A DNA stretch of 64,000 bases, taken from NCBI GenBank assembly GCA_028534125.1, contig CM052835.1:1798001-1862000 (forward strand), given 5' to 3'. This DNA comes from Lama glama (taxonomy: Eukaryota). The notes under the pieces are model-generated. The model was not told the DNA's origin. It was given only the letters and a program-made list of their open reading frames with translations, and searched no databases. Numbering within the stretch: position 1 is the first letter of the stretch; each line of letters starts with the position of its first letter. Made by a program: the position numbers and the translations under genes. Below are positions 57,083 through 64,000 of this stretch, in pieces.

Positions 57083-59043
57083 TCGCTCACTTTCTAAGGA
57101 GGGGAAGATTTCAGAAAGTGTTTAAAGGAGCAAGAGGTGCCTTGAGGTTAGAAGAGAAATGACTCAACCAGGAGATGCTTCCAGTGGGATCGACCGAATT
57201 CCTCTGGTTCCTCCAGCGCCTGGTTTTCAAAGGGGGAAATAGTCTCTCCCTTTGGTTTTCAAAATTAGGCGTCACAATCCTCTCAGGACCAGTATTTAGG
57301 AGACAACGAAGGAGCAGAGCAGAAACTCAAAGGGAGAACTTTGCAGAACATTTTCTCGGCGTGTTCTACCCTCCACCTCCCGGCAATGAGATGAAATAAC
57401 TTTCTACCTTGCCGCCCACGGCAAGGCCCTTACACACCTTGATACGTCACAACTTTTGCACGACAGGTGAAGTACCGAGTTTCTCTTTCCAAACCTTTCT
57501 GTTCGAATTGGATGTGGCAACATGTCCGCAGGAGCAAATAAAGAATGCAACAGTTTACACCGAAGAGATGCCGGAGACGCCCACTTCTGAGTAAAAGGAG
57601 TTTACTATTTTGGAGTCTATTTCTGCTTGAATATTTTTCTTATATCAAAAAAAGAAAAAAAATGCCCAGCTGAACTCAAGCAAGCGTTGGCCACGAGGAA
57701 GGACGGGTCTGTGGTTACTGCTACTATTTCAGACCCTCCTTTCTGCTGGCTTCCTCGTGCTTTGAAAAGGAGACCAGGAGGAGTGGCCTTGGAGCCTAAC
57801 TCCTCCACGTTAAACACACACCCATTTCCCACCTTTCTTGGGTGGAAGCAACACAAATCAGAACTTTTCTAAGATCATTCCTTCCCCTCGACTGCACACA
57901 GCGTGTTCCCCGCACGCCAGGCCTCACGGGCGTGGACGTGAGTCCTCCCCTTGTCCGGAGGGTGTCGGACGGGCCTGCTGAGGTGGGGGGGGTCTGTCGT
58001 TGACTGTTACGGTGTAGTGTGAGCCCAGACAGCAGAGGGGAGACGACAGCTTGTAATCTTTAACAAACAGAGCTTGGGCGGACTCAGGCGGAGACCCCAG
58101 TTACCTCCTGAAGCTGGTCTGTGCTCGTCGGGGAGAGGGCAGCCCTGACGTCGCGGTGCAAGTTTTGTCTGGAAGTTCTCAGCTGATGGCGACAGAGGAG
58201 GCAGCGTGTTGGGGGGGCGTCGCTCCCTGGGCCTCTGATCCGGACCGTGGGGGCCCCCATCGTCTGTCCGTCTCTCCGTGTGAAGGATGCTTGTCCACGT
58301 GTTGCCCTGGGTCTCAGGGACACGGTGCCCCATGTCTTACCCGAGCAGCCTCGCTTTTGCTGCCTGACATCCGCCTTGGTAGGCATTCATGGTTTATTGC
58401 TTTCATGCGGACGACCCTTCAGAAGGGCTTTGGAAATGGTTCCCACGTTTTCTCCCCCAAGTACCTGCACCCCTCTAAGCATGCGCCTCACAGCTGCTCG
58501 CCTGGCAGGGTCTTCGCTCTGAAAAGATTCTGGGAGGACAGCTTCGGCCACAGAACGTCTTGTGAAAGCTCTTCTCACTGCAAACTAAAGACCCCAGTGC
58601 GAAAGCCGGTAAACACAGGTATTCTAGTCCAGTGTTGCAACTCTACATACACCATCATTAGTTATATATATTTAGTCTTTCCACTGAGAGGAAATTAAAA
58701 AAAAAGAGCTTCCTAAGTGTGAAAACGTGCAAACGTGGTTGTGTCAGTCCTGTGCTGCTGGTGGGTCTCCAAGTGACGCAGGTCACTGGTTTGGAGGGAC
58801 AGCGGTTCTCACGCCGGCGGATTCTGCGCGGTGGTGGTGCACCTGACGGCTCCGGTGCTGCGGCTTCCTCCCGCTGTGCCCACGCCCATACGGGCATGCC
58901 ACCTGTGATTCGTGAGGCCGGGATCGTAACGGAACGTGGGGTGTTCTGATCGGGCAATGCTTACCTAGGCAACGTCTAACATTCAGATATCTGGCCAGAT
59001 CTAAAAATGACTTGAATAAGTAAAGAAAGATTTTTAAAAAGGA

Positions 59044-59198
59044 GGGGGAGGGTGGAGCACAGGGGTAGAGCGTGTGCTCAGCAGGCACGAGGTCCTGGGT
59101 TCCATCCCCAGCACCTCCGTTAAGAAAACAGATAAACCTAATTACCACCCCCACCCACAACCAAGAAAAGGCTGAAAAAAATAAAGAAAAAGAAAAGA
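59044..59198 (+). mobile_element. Vic-1-like tRNA-derived SINE, full length
   Basis: gggggagggtggagcacaggggtagagcgtgtgctcagcaggcacgaggtcctgggttccatccccagcacctcc (degenerate Pol III A and B boxes), then ataaacctaattacc and an A-rich tail. Confidence 0.9.
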
Positions 59199-59937
59199 AG
59201 AGCTACTTGAATTGTACTTCAAGTCTTCAGGTAAACGCTGTCTGGCTTGACTGATGTGCGCGAGGCCTTCCTAATGGCTCTGAAGTCAAACCTGTGGGCT
59301 ACGTGCTAATTTGGGAGCATTTGGTCGGCATAAGGGAATGTGTCTGGCTGAGCTGACCAGCACCGCCGCGTCTCCCTGAGTCCCCTCCTTCCTGGGAGGT
59401 GCAGGTGATGGGGGTGGGGACACCTGCCCTGGTGTCCTCCGGCGTCTGCGCAGCCAGCTCACGAACAGTTCGGAGGCTGGTGCGTCCGAGTCAGAGGTGG
59501 AATGTTCCGGGGCCCCGGGAGCATGGTGGGGAGGCCTGGAGGATGGGGAGCTGCGGCCGAGCGGGACCCCACTGGACCCAGGGACGGCCAGCACGCCCGC
59601 ACCTTCCTGCTGCCTTCATTTCCTCCTCCGAAAAACCCCAGATGATGGGCGTGCAGTGGCCCAAAGACCCCGCAGCCCCGAGCCCTCGTCACCGGAGGGC
59701 CAGGACCGGACGCCCAGAGCTGCTGGAGTCCCGGGGCCCGTGTGTGTCCTGCCGAGTTCCCGCCAAGGAGGCCACAGGGAGGCTTCTGACCCCGGTCCTC
59801 TGTCCACCTGCCTCCCGGCTGACCCCGCTGCTTCCCCTGTGGCCTCCCGCCCCAGGGACCCCGAGCACACCACCCTTTCAGTGGCTCATCTCCTGACCTG
59901 ACAGACTAATGCACCTCAAGCTTCTATTCATGCCCTA

Positions 59938-60085
59938 TATTTTAAATTTAATTTTAATTTTTAAAAATTACTTTATTCCACTGGGAGGGTAATGAGGTTT
60001 ATTTATGTATATTTATTTATTTTAATGGAGGGACTGAGGATTGAATCTGGGACCTCGTGCATGCTGAGCTACACCCTCTCCCTCC
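59938..60085 (-). mobile_element. Vic-1-like SINE with internal deletion
   Basis: ggtaatgaggtttatttatgtatatttatttattttaatggagggactgaggattgaatctgggacctcgtgcatgctgagctacaccctc. Confidence 0.85.
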
Positions 60086-61382
60086 ACTGCCCTACATTTT
60101 AAAACGCTCTCACCCTGGACAGGGCACCGTGGCCCGCTGTCCATGGCCTGTGACACCGTGACAATGTCAGTTCAGCTTTGATGTCCTGAGCCTTCGGGGC
60201 TCCCCTGCCCCTCTGTGGCTCCTCCAAGGATGTGGGGCTCCCCTCACCCTCCCACCCCAAAGGCTTTCCATCGCCGGCTGCTATGAAACCACTGAGGTGG
60301 GTTCAGCTTGGCCGTGTCCACGTCTTCCCCGCTTGCGGAAGGCGGAATGACGTCTTTTCCTGTGTGTGGCCCCCGGGGTCAGCAGATGTCCCCGCCATGC
60401 AGGGGTGTCCTGGGAACTTGATACAGTCGCTCCTCTCCACTCTTGGCGGTTTACAGGCTGAGAAGTCGGGATGACAAAGAAAGGGATTTTTACAGTAAAA
60501 TCACCGTGATGTGAAGTCAGTCCCCCGTGAAGCTCTATCTCCCTGGAGCTCCGTTCCCACTGGAATATCTCCTGGTGTTTGCAGGTAAATACAATGCGTC
60601 CAAAGTAAACAGGAATAGGACAGCGTGATTTTACCGTTGCCGCCCCCGCACCCCCAGTTGCACCCTCTGCCCGAATGTTTACTCCGGGTGTCAGTTTTCC
60701 GTCCGGCGTCTGGATGCCGTGTCTGCTGTGCCTGAGCTTCAGCAAGAACGAAGCAAGTGTTTGTGTTCTTTGACCACCGTTCAACAGGGAAAAGCAATGT
60801 TTAAATCTACTACCACCTACAAGTCACCCATTTGGAGCCTGACTCAGAGAATCGTCAAATATGAGGGTGAGAGGTCTGTCGGGACCCCGAGGCCCAGGTC
60901 TCATCACCTGGAGCCAGCAGCCGAGGCCTGGGGAGGCGCAGTGGCTTCTCAAGCTAGTGAGAAATGTGACTGTGTGCGGATCTGGAGAGACAACCCCGGG
61001 TAAATATTTTAAAAAACCAAACCTTGGATTAGTTTGCCCATAAAAACGCCGAAGGTGTAGATGCTTCAGGTCCCCAGCTGGCTGGGGCCTCGCAGGCTGC
61101 GTTGTGGAAGGATGAAGACTGAGTTTAGCAGCATGTAGTTCAGCGGGCGTCCTGTAATCGAATTCTTGCAGGTCTGCTGGGTTGGGATAATATTTGAGGA
61201 GCATGGCATTAACGGTCTAACTTAGTTAACAAAACAGGTGCAGATTCAAATTGAATTGTCCCAGCGCCATACTTAGCAGGTTGCTGTTCTAGATAAACCT
61301 CCTGTGTGAGGTCTTGGTGTTTACTTTAGTTCTAAGCTAAATTACTTTTTTCCCCCAAGTCCTTTACTTTTATTAAAAAGAA

Positions 61383-61565
61383 TTTTTTTAATTGAAATGT
61401 AGTCAGTTTGCAATGTTGTGTCAATTTCTGGTGCACAGCACATGCTTCAGTCACATGTGAACATACGTATGCTCATTTTCATGTTCTTTTTCACCATGAG
61501 CTACTGTAAGATACTGAATATAGTTCCCTGTGCCCTACAGTATAAGCTTGTTTGTCTATTTTATT
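61383..61565 (-). mobile_element. Short young L1 3' tail
   Basis: ttttttaattgaaatgtagtcagtttgcaatgttgtgtcaatttctggtgcacagca...gatactgaatatagttccctgtgc. Confidence 0.88.
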
Positions 61566-61843
61566 TATGTTCCTGTGTTGTTGTTTATAACAGGAGATGT
61601 TCTGAGAAATCTTATCTTTTTCTTTCCCTCCTCCTTCACACCCACATTCCCCTCCTGCCCTCCCTTCCTCCATCCTTCCTTCCTCTTTCTTTCCTTCTCA
61701 TAAGCCTAAAACAAAATGTTAAGGAGCACTGTCCCCTGCCCCCCGGCCAAATTCACATTTTTTTGAGCTGAGCTGAGACCTGCGCCAGTTAAGAGGACAC
61801 AGTAGCCAACAACTGGCTCTCATCAGGAGACGTCTCCGGGTGC

Positions 61844-62047
61844 TAGGGTTGCCAGATTTGGCACACAGAAACGTAGGGCGCCCAGGTCAACTGAAATTTC
61901 AGACAAGCGACGTTCCCCGTGCTACCTGGGACGCGCTGAAGCACTAAAGCACCGTCCTGGGTTCTGGGGTTCCTGCAGACCTCTGGTTTCTCTGAAATTG
62001 AAATGTGGCCAAGCGCCCTGCATTTCGCCTGGCAGGAGAACAACCTG
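61844..62047. mobile_element. MER53-like palindromic hAT MITE
   Basis: Left end tagggttgccagatt...gggcgcccagg...aaatttcaga; right arm tctgaaatt...gcgccctgcattt...ctggca. The arms are mutually reverse-complementary and fit the recalled MER53 consensus. Confidence 0.8.
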
Positions 62048-63384
62048 GGAAGCGGGTTTGAATTGCACTGATGCCACCCTGGCTCGCGGTCAGCGTGGGG
62101 CCCGCCTCTCCAAGCTGGTGCGGAGACACTGCGATCCCACGCGACCCGGAGGACGGAGGGGCGGCGGGTCACGGGAGCCGTAGCCGGCCTCCAGGGGTGC
62201 TGGCGGGCGGCGCTCCTCTCCGCGCGGGCCCCTGGGCTCCCACGTGGCACCCGCAGCGCGCGGAGCGCGGGCTGGCCGTGCCGCAGGCCTGGAGCCACGG
62301 CCCCTCTGCAGGCTTTGTTCTCTGGCTGCTTCTCCTTCCACCTCCTGGAGGGAGTAGAAAGCATAAATTAGAAACAGGCTGCTGACCTCTTGCAGTAAGG
62401 AAGTTGGGCAGCGTTTCGCGAACAGAAGATTTAAGGCAGTTGAGAGATGAGCGCTGGGCTCTGGTGGGAATTCGTTTTTATTAAACCCTCTTTGGGTCTC
62501 ATTGCTCAGCTTCAAGAGAGAGAGAGAAAAAAGACAATAAGGGATTTAAACTGAAGTGATTTTCTGCAATTAAAGTCTCCTGGAATTGTAAAAAACCCAA
62601 TTGCATTGGCATTTGCCAAACGTAAATGCATTTTCCACTGGCTCGGCCAAGGGGAGTTGGGTCAGATCCTCAAGGAGCTGACGGTGACCATGCAGTCACC
62701 CGCTGGGGGCCCCGGGGGTGCCGGCCCAGCCCTCCGACGGATGGTGGCACTAAGGCTGCCTCCTCCCCGGGCCCTGCGGGTGCACGAAGCCTCCCAGCCT
62801 GTTGGTGCCATGTGTGTCGGAAGCGAAGGGGGCTCCGAGTAGGGAAGGAGGGCAGCAGAGTGTAGCCCTTTGCACCCAGAGGAGTGAAGATTCTCTAGGC
62901 CTGCAGCTACACGGTGTTGCGATCTGGCCCGGTTACGTCACGCCTGCGTGCGGGCGGGTGGCCTTGGGCCGCATCTGCCAGTCTCCAGCTCCAGGGAGGG
63001 TCTGCAAAGGGGCAGCCTCAAGACTGCAAGCCCAGCTTGGGTTTCAGTTACTGCCGGGGGCAGGGGGACTTTGCTACACGATCATTTCTCAGCGCCAGTC
63101 ACAGTGCTGATGGTGACAGCAAGGGGCAGGGTAGTAATTGTGGCTGCACAGTGACAGCCCTCCGGACTCGCGAAGCTCGGCGCTCCCCCGTGTGCAAGCT
63201 GCAGTGCCAAGTCCCTCACACACGGACCACCTGCCGATGAGAACGCTCAGCCCGCTGTGTGACGTGACTTGCCTAAGGCCGCCTGGGCTCTGGTACCCTA
63301 ATCTTACGATGAACTGAAGGATGATGGGCTTTGCCCACTTTAAGTTTGGTCCCATGACATCCACCTAAAAGCCCCCCAAAACTT

Positions 63385-63985
63385 TAATTCAAAAAGACAC
63401 CTGCACCCCAGTGTTCACAGCAGCACTACTTACAGAAGCCTAGACATGGAAACACCTACATGTCCCTTGACAGATGACTGGATAAAGAAGTTGTCTATTT
63501 ATACAATGGAATACTGCTCAGCCATGAAAAAGAATATAATAATGCCATTTGCAGCAACATGGATGGCCCTGGAGAATGTCATTCTAAGTGAAGTAAGCCA
63601 GAAAGAGAAAGACAAATACTGTATGAGATCACTCATATGTGGAATCTAAAAAGCAGGTAAAAAGTGGACACTAATGAACTCATCTACAAAACAGAAACAG
63701 ACTTGCAGACATAGTAAACAATTTTATGGTTACCAGGGAAAGGGGGAAGGAAGGGATAAATTTGGGAATTTGAGATTTGCAAATGTTATCCACTCTATAT
63801 AACAATAGGTAACTGTCCCCCAAGTTTCTTCTGTACAGCACAGGGAACTATATTCAATATCTTGTAATAACTGTTAAGGAAAAAAATATGAAAATGAATA
63901 AATGTATGTGTATGCACGACTGGGACACCAGAAACTGATGCATTGTAACTGATTACATGTCAATTTAAAAAAAATTTTAAAAATA
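63385..63985 (+). mobile_element. Young camelid-type LINE-1 3' end (5'-truncated)
   Basis: Frame TPTCPLTDDWIKKLSIYTMEYCSAMKKNIIMPFAATWMALENVILSEVSQKEKDKY (ORF2 C-terminus), then 3' UTR and A-tail. Confidence 0.93.
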
Positions 63986-64000
63986 AAGGAAGATCTGAAT

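Noticed and set aside
59044-59120. tRNA-like sequence with A/B boxes
   Set aside because: Followed by a SINE body and A-rich tail and present as several diverged copies, so it is a SINE rather than a tRNA gene.
9630-61565. Many 100-200-bp L1 tails as a new non-autonomous family
   Set aside because: Their 5' breakpoints differ from copy to copy, as expected for ordinary L1 5' truncation.
62606-62619. TTGGC-attt-GCCAA resembling an NFI site
   Set aside because: The spacer is 4 nt; the NFI dimer consensus requires 5.

Overview
Mammalian genomic DNA, most likely a camelid (camel/llama/alpaca lineage), judged from several copies of a tRNA-derived Vic-1-type SINE and associated L1 3' ends. It lies in a very GC- and CpG-rich isochore. 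Positions 392-16545 (+) hold the last nine coding exons and the ~2.4-kb 3' UTR of tensin-3 (TNS3). All nine exons could be spliced by hand with GT-AG boundaries into one frame encoding the C-terminal SH2 and PTB domains (stop 14143-14145, AATAAA 16521-16526). The remaining ~47 kb contains no recognisable protein-coding gene. It holds L1, L2, MIR, MLT1/MLT2, an ERV LTR, MER53 and SINE remnants, two GC-rich island-like segments, one extreme AT-rich tract and five N-runs. Almost all ORF-track entries are spurious GC-rich frames. I cannot support a confidently new biological system here. The best leads are: (i) isolated strong splice-site pairs downstream of the TNS3 poly(A) site (20814-20861, 56052-56103) that may mark an unannotated transcript or an alternative TNS3 3' end; (ii) strong AT-to-GC conversion of repeats, including a young SINE, suggesting recent GC-biased gene conversion that may also affect TNS3 codons; (iii) a CTCF-motif pair in an orphan CpG island and several motif-cluster enhancer candidates; (iv) N-runs whose lengths match the missing L1 sequence, so they look like masks rather than estimated gaps. 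Repeat-family names and human comparisons come from recalled consensus sequences and need confirmation.
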